Source: Pirellulales bacterium
GTDB lineage: Bacteria > Planctomycetota > Planctomycetia > Pirellulales > JAICIG01
Reading direction: 5' to 3'
Assembly (NCBI GenBank): GCA_040901675.1
Contig: JBBDYJ010000032.1
Coordinates: forward strand, 229,067-293,066
Length of the DNA stretch: 64,000 nt
Within the stretch, counting starts at the first letter, position 1. Each line of letters opens with the position of its first letter. Below, piece by piece: positions 39,856-49,600 of the stretch. Both the position numbers and the translations under genes were made by a program. The notes beneath the pieces are model-generated. The model was not told the DNA's origin and did not search any database. It saw only the letters and a program-made list of their open reading frames with translations.

Positions 39856-41547
39856 CTACATCCCCATATCTCCCATGCCACCCATTCCTCCCATGCCACC
39901 CCCCATGCCTCCCATACCACCCATGCCATGGTCGTGGCCGGCATGGTCCTCGCCACCCTCGTCCTCTTTGGGGATCTCGGCTACCAAGGACTCGGTCGTC
40001 AACAGCAGCGATGCCACGCTGGCCGCGTTCTGCAGGGCACAGCGAACCACCTTGGCCGGGTCGATGATGCCGGCCGCAACCAGGTCGCAGTAGGTGTCGC
40101 GATCGGCGTCGTAGCCCTCGTTCTTGTTCTTCAACTGGCGCACGCGGTTGACCACTACGGCGCCATCGACGCCCGCGTTGTCGGCGATGCAACGCAACGG
40201 ATAGTCGAGCACGTTTCGGACGATCCTGGCTCCCAACGCTTCGTCGCCCGTCAGGTCGAGCTTGTCCAACGCCTTCTCGCTGCGGATCAGGGCCATGCCG
40301 CCGCCGGGCACGATGCCCTCTTCCAGGGCCGCCTGGGTGGCCGCCTTGGCGTCTTCGAGCAGCACCTTGCGCTCCTTCATTTCCGTTTCGGTAGCGGCGC
40401 CGACATTGATCTGGGCCACGCCGCCTGAGAGCTTGGCCAACCGCTCTTGCAGCTTTTCGCGGTCGTACTCGCTGTCGGTCACCTCGATCTCGCGGCGGAT
40501 CTGCTCGGCCCGGCCGTCGATTTCGGCCTTCTTGCCTGCGCCTCCGACGATGGTCGTGTTCTCCGCGGTGATCGAGACCTTCCTGGCACGGCCGAGATCG
40601 GACAGCTTGACCGAGTCGAGCGAGATGCCCAGGTCCTTGAAGATGGCGGTTCCGGCCGTAAGGACCGCCAGGTCGCCCAGAATGGCCTTGCGCCGGTCGC
40701 CGTAGCCGGGGGCCTTGACCGCACACACGCTCAGGATGCCGCGCAGCTTGTTGACGACCAGCGTCGCCAGGGCTTCTCCCTCCAGGTCCTCGGCGATAAT
40801 CAACAGCGGCTTGTTCGCCTTGCTCACCGCTTCCAGCAGCGGCACCAGGTTCTTGGCGTTGGAGATCTTCTCTTCGTAAATCAGGATCAGGCAGTTCTCC
40901 AGCTCGACCGTCTGCTCATCCGGGTTGGTGACGAAGTGCGGCGACAAGTAACCGCGGTCGAACTGCATTCCTTCGACCACTTCGACGGTGGTCTCGGCCT
41001 GACGGCCTTCTTCCACCGTGATGACGCCATCCTTTCCCACCTTGAGGAAGGCATCGGCCAGCACCTCGCCGATGCTCGGATCGTTGTTGCCGGCAATCGT
41101 GGCGACCTGCTTGATCTCGGTCTTGTTCTTTTCGTTGATCGGCATGGCGAGCTTCTGGATCGCTTCGACCACCGCCTCCGTGGCTTTGCCGATTCCACGA
41201 GAAAGCGCCATGGGGTCGGCCCCGGACGCAATCATCTTCAGGCCTTCTTTGAAAATCGCCTCGGCCAGGAGGGTGGCGGTCGTCGTGCCGTCGCCGGCGA
41301 CGTCGTTGGTCTTGCTGGCCGCCTCTTTGACCAGTTGAGCGCCCAGGTTCTCGAACGGGTCTTCCAGTTCAATGTCTTCGGCCACGGTCACGCCGTCCTT
41401 GGTGACCTTGGGCGAGCCCCACCCCTTGTCGAGCACCGCGTTGCGGCCGCGAGGCCCCAGCGTACTGCGCACCGCGCGTGCCAGTTTCGAAGCGCCGGCC
41501 AATAGCGGCTGCCTCGCCTCGTCATCGAAGACCATCTGTTTTGCCAC
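39856..41547 (-). CDS. groL: Chaperonin GroEL (paralog with His-rich + GGM tail)
   Basis: GGAGG RBS and GTG start (AKQMVFDD); [14 protein letters not shown]; ends [14 protein letters not shown]... Confidence 0.97.
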   Translation of the reverse strand: MAKQMVFDDEARQPLLAGASKLARAVRSTLGPRGRNAVLDKGWGSPKVTKDGVTVAEDIELEDPFENLGAQLVKEAASKTNDVAGDGTTTATLLAEAIFKEGLKMIASGADPMALSRGIGKATEAVVEAIQKLAMPINEKNKTEIKQVATIAGNNDPSIGEVLADAFLKVGKDGVITVEEGRQAETTVEVVEGMQFDRGYLSPHFVTNPDEQTVELENCLILIYEEKISNAKNLVPLLEAVSKANKPLLIIAEDLEGEALATLVVNKLRGILSVCAVKAPGYGDRRKAILGDLAVLTAGTAIFKDLGISLDSVKLSDLGRARKVSITAENTTIVGGAGKKAEIDGRAEQIRREIEVTDSEYDREKLQERLAKLSGGVAQINVGAATETEMKERKVLLEDAKAATQAALEEGIVPGGGMALIRSEKALDKLDLTGDEALGARIVRNVLDYPLRCIADNAGVDGAVVVNRVRQLKNKNEGYDADRDTYCDLVAAGIIDPAKVVRCALQNAASVASLLLTTESLVAEIPKEDEGGEDHAGHDHGMGGMGGMGGGMGGMGGMGDMGM

Positions 41548-41649
41548 AGCGATTTCCTCCTGGTGGTGCTGAACTGTTGAGGCGCGAGCGTGTTTTGTCC
41601 GAACCGCTACCACATTTGGCAGGCGGTCGCCTTTGGAACAGCGCAAAAC

Positions 41650-41664
41650 GCAAGCCGCGTGCCA
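41650..41664 (-). promoter_or_regulatory. Sigma-54 (-24/-12) promoter of the chaperone operon
   Basis: Minus strand TGGCACGCGGCTTGC matches TGGCAC-N5-TTGC; about 100 nt upstream of groEL. Confidence 0.72.
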
Positions 41665-41864
41665 CGAAAAGCAGTCTCGTCGTAAGATCCTTTTATAAAA
41701 CGCTTTATGTCTACTATCCATCGGCCTCGCCGGGTTCCTGAAAGGCGCGGCGCCCGAGTGCCAAATTGGCAGACCGGTCTCGAAACGCGAGGCGGCGACC
41801 GCCCGGCTGGTAGAATCCGGCTCGAGCCGGGATGGAGCGGGCCGTAGCTTTGAGGAGAGGCCGT

Positions 41865-42998
41865 TTGAGCGATCTCAGACTGCTCTTCGTGACAGCCGCG
41901 ACGTTTGCCATGAGCGGCATCGTCGCCGCCTACGAGGGAGCGTCGGTTGCGACTGGCGAGCCATCCCCCCAGGCCGATGGATCGCCAGAGCGGCCTGCGG
42001 GCGAACCACTGAAAAGTCGACGGAAAAGTCAACCTGCCAAACCGCGTGCCCGCACGATGGAACCATCGGCCGACAGGAGTTATGGAGGCCCGCTGCCACC
42101 GCTTTCCGAGACCGAGGTCGAGATGGCAGGTGAGTTGCGACAATACGTGGACAAGCTGGCGGGCGAGATTGGCGAGCGCAACCTGGTTCGGCACAAGAAG
42201 CTGATCGAGGCGGCCGACTGGCTCGAAACCACGTTGACCGGGTTTGGCTACCAGGTGCGCCGGCAGACCTACGATGTGCAAGGCAGGCCCTGCCATAATC
42301 TGGAGGTCGAGCTCCAGGGAAGCGGAGACCGGGCCGGCGAAATCGTGATTGTTGGCGCTCACTATGACTCGGTGGCCGGCTCACCCGGCGCCAACGACAA
42401 CGGCAGCGGCGTGGCATCGCTTCTTTCGATGGCTCGCCGATACGCCGGCCGGCGGACGGCGCGGACGCTGCGGCTGGTGCTGTTTGCCAACGAGGAGCCG
42501 CCGTACTTTCAAACCGGGACGATGGGCAGCCGGGTGTATGCCCGCAACAGCCGCCGGCTAGACGAGAACATTGTCGCGGTGATCAGCCTGGAGACGATGG
42601 GCTATTACAGCGACGCGAGAAACAGTCAAAAGTATCCGCCGCTGCTGAGGTTTGCCTATCCATCGACGGGCAACTTCATCGGCTTCGTGGGAAACGTCGA
42701 GTCCAGGCCTCTGGTCGACCAGGTGGTGAGTTCGTTTCGCCGCCGGGCCCGATTCCCCTCCGAAAAAGCCGCGCTTTCCTCCGGGATTCCCGGCGTCGGC
42801 TGGTCCGACCACTGGTCGTTCTGGCAGGAAGGTTATCCAGGACTGATGGTGACCGACACGGCGCCGTTCCGGTATCCGCACTATCACACGGCCCAGGACA
42901 CGCCCGACAAGGTCGACTACGACCGGCTTGCTCGCGTCGTGGCCCCGCTGAGCGACGTGATCGTGGAACTCGCCGGCATGGCGGACAAGGAGGAATAG
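41865..42998 (+). CDS. M28 family metallopeptidase
   Basis: [36 protein letters not shown] before a TTG start (alternative ATG at 41832). Confidence 0.9.
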   Translation: MSDLRLLFVTAATFAMSGIVAAYEGASVATGEPSPQADGSPERPAGEPLKSRRKSQPAKPRARTMEPSADRSYGGPLPPLSETEVEMAGELRQYVDKLAGEIGERNLVRHKKLIEAADWLETTLTGFGYQVRRQTYDVQGRPCHNLEVELQGSGDRAGEIVIVGAHYDSVAGSPGANDNGSGVASLLSMARRYAGRRTARTLRLVLFANEEPPYFQTGTMGSRVYARNSRRLDENIVAVISLETMGYYSDARNSQKYPPLLRFAYPSTGNFIGFVGNVESRPLVDQVVSSFRRRARFPSEKAALSSGIPGVGWSDHWSFWQEGYPGLMVTDTAPFRYPHYHTAQDTPDKVDYDRLARVVAPLSDVIVELAGMADKEE

Positions 42999-43028
42999 CG
43001 ACGCGGCGGCGCGCATTTGCCGTCAGGC

Positions 43029-44087
43029 TCATGGCCGGAAGTCGTCGTCCGCCTTGAGGCTCATGGCGAAGCCGGCCAACAACTCGGCGGCATGGTCGAT
43101 GTCCTCGAGCGAGATCATCTCTACCGGCGTGTGCATGTAACGGTTGGGAATGCTCACCAGGCCTACGGCCATGCCGCCGCGGCTGACCTGCATCGTGTTG
43201 GCATCGGTGGGAGTGGCCCTGCCGCAGGCGGCCACCTGGTAGTCGATGCCCGACGAGCCGGCGGTTTCCATCAGCCGCGCCACCACGCGCGGGTTCATGT
43301 TCGGGCCGCGGTAGATGACCGGGCCTTTGCCCAAGGCGACGTCGCCTTCCTGCTTCTTGTCGATCGTCGGACAGTCGGTGGCGTGCGTGACGTCCACGGC
43401 AATGCCCACCTGGGCCTCGATGCCAAAAGCGCTGGTCGCCGCGCCGCGCAGACCGATCTCCTCCTGCACCGTCGATACGGCGTACAAGGCACAGTCCAGC
43501 TTCTTGCGGTCGGCCCGGCGCAGCGCTTCGAGCACCACCCACAGGCCGCACTTGTTGTCCATCGCCGGCGAGTAAGCCAGGTTGTTGGCCATCGGCCTGT
43601 AGCCCAGCTCCAAGGTGACCGGGTCGCCGACGTGCACCTGGCGCTCGGCGTCGGCCTTGTCTTTGGCGGCGATGTCGAGCCAGAGGTCCTTGAGCTTGGG
43701 CACCTGCTTGCGTTCCTCCTCGGTCAGCAGGTGAATCGGCTTGCGGCCGATCACGGCCGGCAGCGGTCCCGAGGCGGTCCAGACGGTCATCCGCTGGCCG
43801 ACCAGGACCTGCGGGTCCCAGCCGCCGATCGGCTGAGCATATAAAAACCCTTCGCCGTCGATGTACTGCACCAGCATGCCGATCTGGTCGACGTGTCCGG
43901 CGAACATCACGCGGAGCCGGGCCTCCGGGTTCTTGACGGCGATCACGTTGCCGTGCAGGTCGGTGGTGACCTTGTCGGCCCAATCGGCCGTATAGCGGCG
44001 GACCAGTTCCTGCGCCGGCCGCTCAAAGCCTGACGGGCTTGGGGTTTCGAGGATCTGTTTGAAGAATTCGAGCGCGTGGGCGTCCAT
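43029..44087 (-). CDS. M42 family metallopeptidase
   Basis: PSPSGFE, AGHVDQIG, MDNK, QEEIGLRGA, DVTHA, TDA, RYMHTP. Confidence 0.93.
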   Translation of the reverse strand: MDAHALEFFKQILETPSPSGFERPAQELVRRYTADWADKVTTDLHGNVIAVKNPEARLRVMFAGHVDQIGMLVQYIDGEGFLYAQPIGGWDPQVLVGQRMTVWTASGPLPAVIGRKPIHLLTEEERKQVPKLKDLWLDIAAKDKADAERQVHVGDPVTLELGYRPMANNLAYSPAMDNKCGLWVVLEALRRADRKKLDCALYAVSTVQEEIGLRGAATSAFGIEAQVGIAVDVTHATDCPTIDKKQEGDVALGKGPVIYRGPNMNPRVVARLMETAGSSGIDYQVAACGRATPTDANTMQVSRGGMAVGLVSIPNRYMHTPVEMISLEDIDHAAELLAGFAMSLKADDDFRP

Positions 44088-44188
44088 GATCCCTTTCCAA
44101 AACGTGCAGCGATACTGCTACGAAAGTATGCGTCGCAGCCGGGAAGAGGCAAGAGCGAAATGCGCGGCTGCTGCCGGACGCGAGCTAC

Positions 44189-44461
44189 TCAGTCGCAGCA
44201 GGGGCAGAGCTGCGGGACGTAGACGGTCAGCGTGGCAGAGAACTGGGTCTTTTCGTAGCCATCGCCTTTCTGATCCGGCTCGGCATGGTGGGCGGAGACG
44301 AGGATATAGTTGCCGCCGACCGGCGTGTAACTCGCCCGGCCCTCGGCGTCGGTCATACGTTCGAATTGGTCGTCAAAGCCCTGGTCGAGCGTGGTGCCGC
44401 GGGGCACGAAGGCGACGCGGGCATTGGCCAGTGGCTTGCCGTGGTAAAGCAATTGGATCTG
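44189..44461 (-). pseudogene. C-terminal remnant of a DUF4198-like (Ni/Co uptake-associated) protein
   Basis: QIQLLYHGKPLANARV...TDAEGRASY...H...ATLT resembles the DUF4198 C-terminal domain. There is no room for the N-terminal part because the PP2C gene ends at 44502. Confidence 0.65.
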
Positions 44462-44501
44462 GTAACTGAGCTTTCGATTGTACTCGCTGGAGCATTCCGG
44501 T

Positions 44502-45764
44502 TCACGTCACTTCGGCTTTGACGACGATGGCCGTGACGTCATCGGCATCGAGTTGCCCCTTGGCAAACGCGATCACGGCGTTGCACAACGCGTCAACAAT
44601 CTCTTTGGCCGGCTCTCCGCGATGGCCCCGTACGATTTCCAAAGCGCGATCCACGCCGAAAGCTTTATCGTCGGCTCCCGTCGCCTCCACAACGCCATCC
44701 GTGACAAAACAGACCAGTTCACCCGGCTCCAGCATGATTTGCGATCCGGCATCCAGCGGTATGTCGGCCGCGATGCCCAGGGGCAATCCGGTGCTTTCGA
44801 GCCTGGCCTTCACGTCGCCGGTGCGCGACAAGACGTAACCCGTCGGATGGCCGGCGCTGGCGTACGTCAGCAGGCGGTGGGCCGGATCGAGCCGAGCCAG
44901 CACCAATGTGACAAAGTGGCCCTCGAGCATGTCCGCGACCAGAGCGCGGTTGGCTAGCGTCAAGATCCGAGCCACATCCGAGTCTGTCTGGCCGAGCACA
45001 CGCAGGTAGGCGCGCGTGGCGGCCATCAGCAAGGCCGGTCCAAATCCGTGTCCGCTGACATCACCGATCGCAATGCCGATCGTTCCGTCCACGAATGGAA
45101 TGTAATCGAAATAATCGCCGCCGGTCGCTTCGGCCGGATGCGAAGCCCCGTGGATGCTCCATCCCGGGCAGACAGGCGCCGAAGCCGGAAAGAGGTTTTG
45201 CTGGATTTCACGGGCCAAGCGTATCGAGAGGCGCATCCGCTCGGCTTCGAAGCGCTCGTGCGCCTCGGCCAGCTTCCGCTCATGCTCACGGCGTTCCATT
45301 TCACGCAACTGTTCGGCCTGCCGCTTCACCTTCTCGGTCTTCTTGAACAGGTCCACGAACGCCGCGACCTTGGCCCGCAAGATTTCGGGCACCACCGGCT
45401 TGAGCAGATAATCGACCGCGCCAATCGAATAGCCTCTGAACATATGCGCCTGGCTGTCGCCGACGGCCGTCAGGAAGATAATCGGCGTATGCTGCGACTT
45501 GATGCGTTCGCGGATGAGCGTGGCCGTTTCAAAGCCGTCCATGCCGGGCATCAGGACGTCCAAAAGGATGACGGCGAACTCGTCGTTCAGCAGGCACCTG
45601 AGAGCTTCCGCTCCAGAGCCGGCCCTGACCAGGTTCTGGCCGAGCGTGTCGAGAATGGCTTCCAGCGCGAGGAGGTTCTTGGGTTGATCGTCCACCAGCA
45701 AGATGTTGACCGGCTTATCAACCAATGAGGCGACAGCCGGCGCTGGCGTAGGAGACGATGTCAT
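44502..45764 (-). CDS. Response regulator receiver + coiled coil + PP2C/SpoIIE (RsbU-like) phosphatase
   Basis: ILLVDD, LLDVLMP, LKP; then GGDYFD, GDVSGHG, SAGH, TDGVVEA, DDVT. Confidence 0.93.
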   Translation of the reverse strand: MTSSPTPAPAVASLVDKPVNILLVDDQPKNLLALEAILDTLGQNLVRAGSGAEALRCLLNDEFAVILLDVLMPGMDGFETATLIRERIKSQHTPIIFLTAVGDSQAHMFRGYSIGAVDYLLKPVVPEILRAKVAAFVDLFKKTEKVKRQAEQLREMERREHERKLAEAHERFEAERMRLSIRLAREIQQNLFPASAPVCPGWSIHGASHPAEATGGDYFDYIPFVDGTIGIAIGDVSGHGFGPALLMAATRAYLRVLGQTDSDVARILTLANRALVADMLEGHFVTLVLARLDPAHRLLTYASAGHPTGYVLSRTGDVKARLESTGLPLGIAADIPLDAGSQIMLEPGELVCFVTDGVVEATGADDKAFGVDRALEIVRGHRGEPAKEIVDALCNAVIAFAKGQLDADDVTAIVVKAEVT

Positions 45765-45765
45765 G

Positions 45766-46608
45766 TTACGACCGCCTGCGATAGAGATGTTCGGAAGCAT
45801 CGAACTCTTCGTAACATGCTTCGTGCGGAGTGAACCTGATCGACTCTTTGCTCCCCAACCCCAGAAAGCCGCCGATCGCAAGGCTGTCGAACAGAAGGTC
45901 GTGCACACGGTCGGCCAACGGTTTATTGAAATAGATCATCACGTTCCGGCAGAGTATCACTTGGAACTCGTTGAACGAAGCGTCGGTGACCAGATTGTGC
46001 TGTGAAAAGACGGTGCCTTGGCTGAGGGTCCGCTGGAAAATCACGTGCTCGTGACCGGATGTGTAATAGTCGGAGAGCGACCGTTGTCCACCCGCCTGTT
46101 GGTAATTGGCCGTGTATTCGGGCAAGGCGGCAGCCGGGAAGATGCCGGCCTTGGCTTTGGCCAGCACCGCCTCGCTCATGTCGGTGGCATAAACTCGGCA
46201 CTTGGGATAGAGGCCCTCCTCCGTGAGCAGGATCGTCATGGAATACACTTCCTCGCCCGTTGAGCAGCCGACGTGCCAAACGCGAATGAAGGGAGTGGAT
46301 CGTAGTAAAGGAACAACCTTGGCCCGCAGAGCCAGGTAAAAACCCGGATCGCGGAACATCGAGGTCACATGGACCGTCACGGTCAGCAGGAACCGCTCCA
46401 TGCAGTCCCGGTCGTGCAGCAATTTCTCCTGCAACTGAGCGATCGTTTGAAGCTCTTCAGCGGCGATCATGGTCCAGATTCTGCGCCGGATTGAACTGTA
46501 CGCATAATCTCGGAAATCGAACCCGTAGCGCCGGAAGACACCCTCCAAAAGCAATTGGATCTCGATGGCTTCCGAATCGGGCTCTTCGGCACTCAAGTCA
46601 ATGGCCAA
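45766..46608 (-). CDS. CheR-family SAM-dependent methyltransferase
   Basis: YGFDFRDY, TSMFRD, GCSTGEE, ATD, ILCRNVMIYF, LGSKES. Confidence 0.93.
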   Translation of the reverse strand: MAIDLSAEEPDSEAIEIQLLLEGVFRRYGFDFRDYAYSSIRRRIWTMIAAEELQTIAQLQEKLLHDRDCMERFLLTVTVHVTSMFRDPGFYLALRAKVVPLLRSTPFIRVWHVGCSTGEEVYSMTILLTEEGLYPKCRVYATDMSEAVLAKAKAGIFPAAALPEYTANYQQAGGQRSLSDYYTSGHEHVIFQRTLSQGTVFSQHNLVTDASFNEFQVILCRNVMIYFNKPLADRVHDLLFDSLAIGGFLGLGSKESIRFTPHEACYEEFDASEHLYRRRS

Positions 46609-46621
46609 ATGCTTCCTCCGC

Positions 46622-49600
46622 CTATCGGTACAGCCAGACCCGCAACAACGCGAGTAACCGCTCGGAATTCACGGGCTTGGCAATATAGTCCGAGGCGCCG
46701 GCCTCGATGCACTTGTCGCGATCGCCCTTCATGGCCTTGGCCGTCAAGGCAATGATCGGCAGCGACCGGAACGACTCGATTCGCCGGATGGACCGCATCG
46801 CTTCGTATCCATCCATCAGCGGCATCATGATATCCATCAGAACCAGGTCGACGTCCGGGGTGTGCGACAGGACATCGAGGGCTTCCCTGCCATTCTCGGC
46901 GTAGACCACCTGCATTGTGTGCCGTTCCAAGACGGCCGTGAGAGCATAGATATTGCGCAAGTCATCATCGACGATGAGCACCTTCTTTCCGGCCATGATG
47001 TGGTCTGTTTCGTGAACCTGGGCGAGCATCCGTTTCTTGAATTCCGGCAGATTCGCCTCCACGCGGTGTAGAAACAGGGCAGTCTGGTCGAGGAGACGCG
47101 CGGGCGACTCGGCATCCTTGATGATCACGCCTCGCGCAAGGTCGTTCAGCTTCGCACTCTCCTCCTTGGTCAAGTCCTTGCCGGTGTAGACAACGACGGG
47201 CAGCTCGCGCAAGGCGGGCTCACGGCGAATCACTTGAAGCAAGTCCAATCCGCTCATGTCCGGGAGCACAAGGTCAAGAACCATGCAGTCGAACGGGGCG
47301 GCCCTTAACTCGGCCAAGGCCTCGGCGGCGGTGGCCACGGCGGTCATCTGGACGTCGCCGTCGCCCACCAGTTCCCGAATAGGCTCCCATTGGCTTTGGT
47401 CGTCTTCCACAACGAGCAACTTCTTTACTTGCCGATCGAGGAAGGCGTGAATTCCTCCAAGCGCCTCGGCGAGCGCATCCTTGCTGACGGGCTTGGGGAT
47501 GCAGGCCAGGGCTCCCAACTTCAGCCCGCGGTTCACCTCATCCGCAATCGACATGATTTCCACCGGAATATGGCGCGTTCGCGGATCATGTTTCAATCGG
47601 TCGAGCACGGCCCAGCCCTTCATGTCGGGCAACTGGATGTCGAGGATGACCGCATCGGGACTCAGGCGGTGCGCCATGGCCAGGCCTTCCTCGCCATTGG
47701 GCGCGATAACGCCCTTGAAGCTTCTTTCACGGGCCATCTCCAGCAGGATCTGAGCGAACTTCCTGTCATCCTCGACAATCAGCAATACGCGGTCCTTCGG
47801 TTGAATAATGTGGCGGTCGTCGTCTTCTTCTTGATCGGTTGCGGCTGAGGCCATTGCCTCTGGGCGATTGGGCCGCGGCTCGTTTGCAGGCTGCTTCCAC
47901 GGTCCGAGACGTGTCCCAGGCGTGGACTGGATGTCGCGTGCGGACTGCGCCTGGCGGCCGCGCTGGCTCGCATCGCCGGATGATGCTTCCCGCGGCGGGG
48001 CAGGTGGCTGGCCTTCGCCCAGCGCAGTCGTGGCCCCGGCCGAAGCCGATCTTTGCCGCGGCGCGCCGTGGACCAGCGAAGAATCCCGCGGCACGTAGAG
48101 GGTGAACGTGCTTCCCTTGCCCGGAGTGCTCAGCACTCGGATTTCGCCCCCCAGCAGCCGAGCGATTTCTCGGCTGATCGACAATCCCAGCCCCGTGCCG
48201 CCGTACTCCCGGCTGGTGCTCATGTCGGCCTGCTGGAAAGGCTCGAAAATGACCCGCAGCTTGTCAGCGGGGATGCCAATGCCGGTGTCCGTGACAGCGA
48301 AGGCGATTACCTGGCCGGCCCGGTTGAGCGACTCATGGTCGGGGCTCCAACCAAATCTGGCCACTTGGATATCGAGCTGGACCTGGCCGTGCGCCGTGAA
48401 TTTAAAGGCATTCGAGAGCAGGTTCTTGAGAACCTGCTGCAACCGCTGCACGTCGGTCGAAATGGCAGGCGGGAGGTTCGGCGCCAGCTTCATCATAAAG
48501 CCCAGGCCTTTGTCCTGCGCCACTTGCCTGAACGTCCGTTCCAGGTAATCGCATATCTCACCGAACGGCTTCTCCGTGACCTCCATGCTGACGGCGCCCG
48601 ATTCGACCTTCGACATGTCGAGAATGTCGTTGATTAACGCTAAGAGGTCGCTCCCGGAAGAGTAAATGTTCCTGGCGAAGTCGATCTGCTTGGACGTGAG
48701 ATTTTCGTCGGGATTCCCCGCCAGCAGCTCGGCCAGGATTAACAGGCTGTTCAGCGGCGTCCGCAATTCGTGCGACATGTTGGCCAGGAACTCGGACTTG
48801 TATTTCGACGTGAGCTGAAGCTGCTCGGCCTTCTCCTGCAGCGCGCGGCGGGCCAGCTCGATTTCCTCGTTCTTTGCCTCGACCTCCGTCTTCTGATTCG
48901 ACAAGAGTTCTGCCTTCTCCTCCAATTCTTCGTTGGTCTGTTGCAACTGCTCCCGCTGGCTCTTGAGCAGTTCTTCCGATTCGCGCAAGGTGGCGGCCTG
49001 TTCCTCCAACCGCGCGTTGGTGTCGCGCAGCTCTTCCTGCTGGCTTTGCAGCTCTTCCGCCAGCGACTGCGATTGTTTCAGGAGGGCCTCGGTGCGCATG
49101 CTGGCGGCCAGCGTGTTGAGCACGATTCCGATTCCCTCGGCAAGCTGGTCGAGAAATGTCAGTTGAATGTCGTTGAATCGGTTGAACGACGCCAACTCGA
49201 CCACCGCCATCACCTCGTCCTCGAACATGACCGGCAAGACGACAATATCGCGAGGCGGGGCTTCCCCGAGCCCCGAGTTGATTCGGACATAGTCGTCTGG
49301 CACCTCGGTCAGCAGGATTCGTTCCTTTTCCAGGGCCGCCTGTCCGATCAGGCCCTCGCCCAAGTGGAACTGATTGGCAAGCGACTTGCGCTTCTTAAAG
49401 GCATACCCCGACAACAACTTGAGTACCGGCGCATCGGGTGCCCGGTCCATGATATAAAAGACGCCATGTCGCACGGAAACGACAGGGGCCAATTCCGAAA
49501 GGATCGTCCGCGCCACGGTGAGCAGGTCCTTCTGCCCCTGCAGCATCCGCGTAAAGCGTGCCAGGTTCGTCTTGAGCCAATCCTGCTCGGTGTTCTTCCG

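Noticed and set aside
41747..41773. CIRCE (HrcA operator)
   Set aside because: Only one half site (TTGGCACTC); no matching arm at 9-nt spacing.
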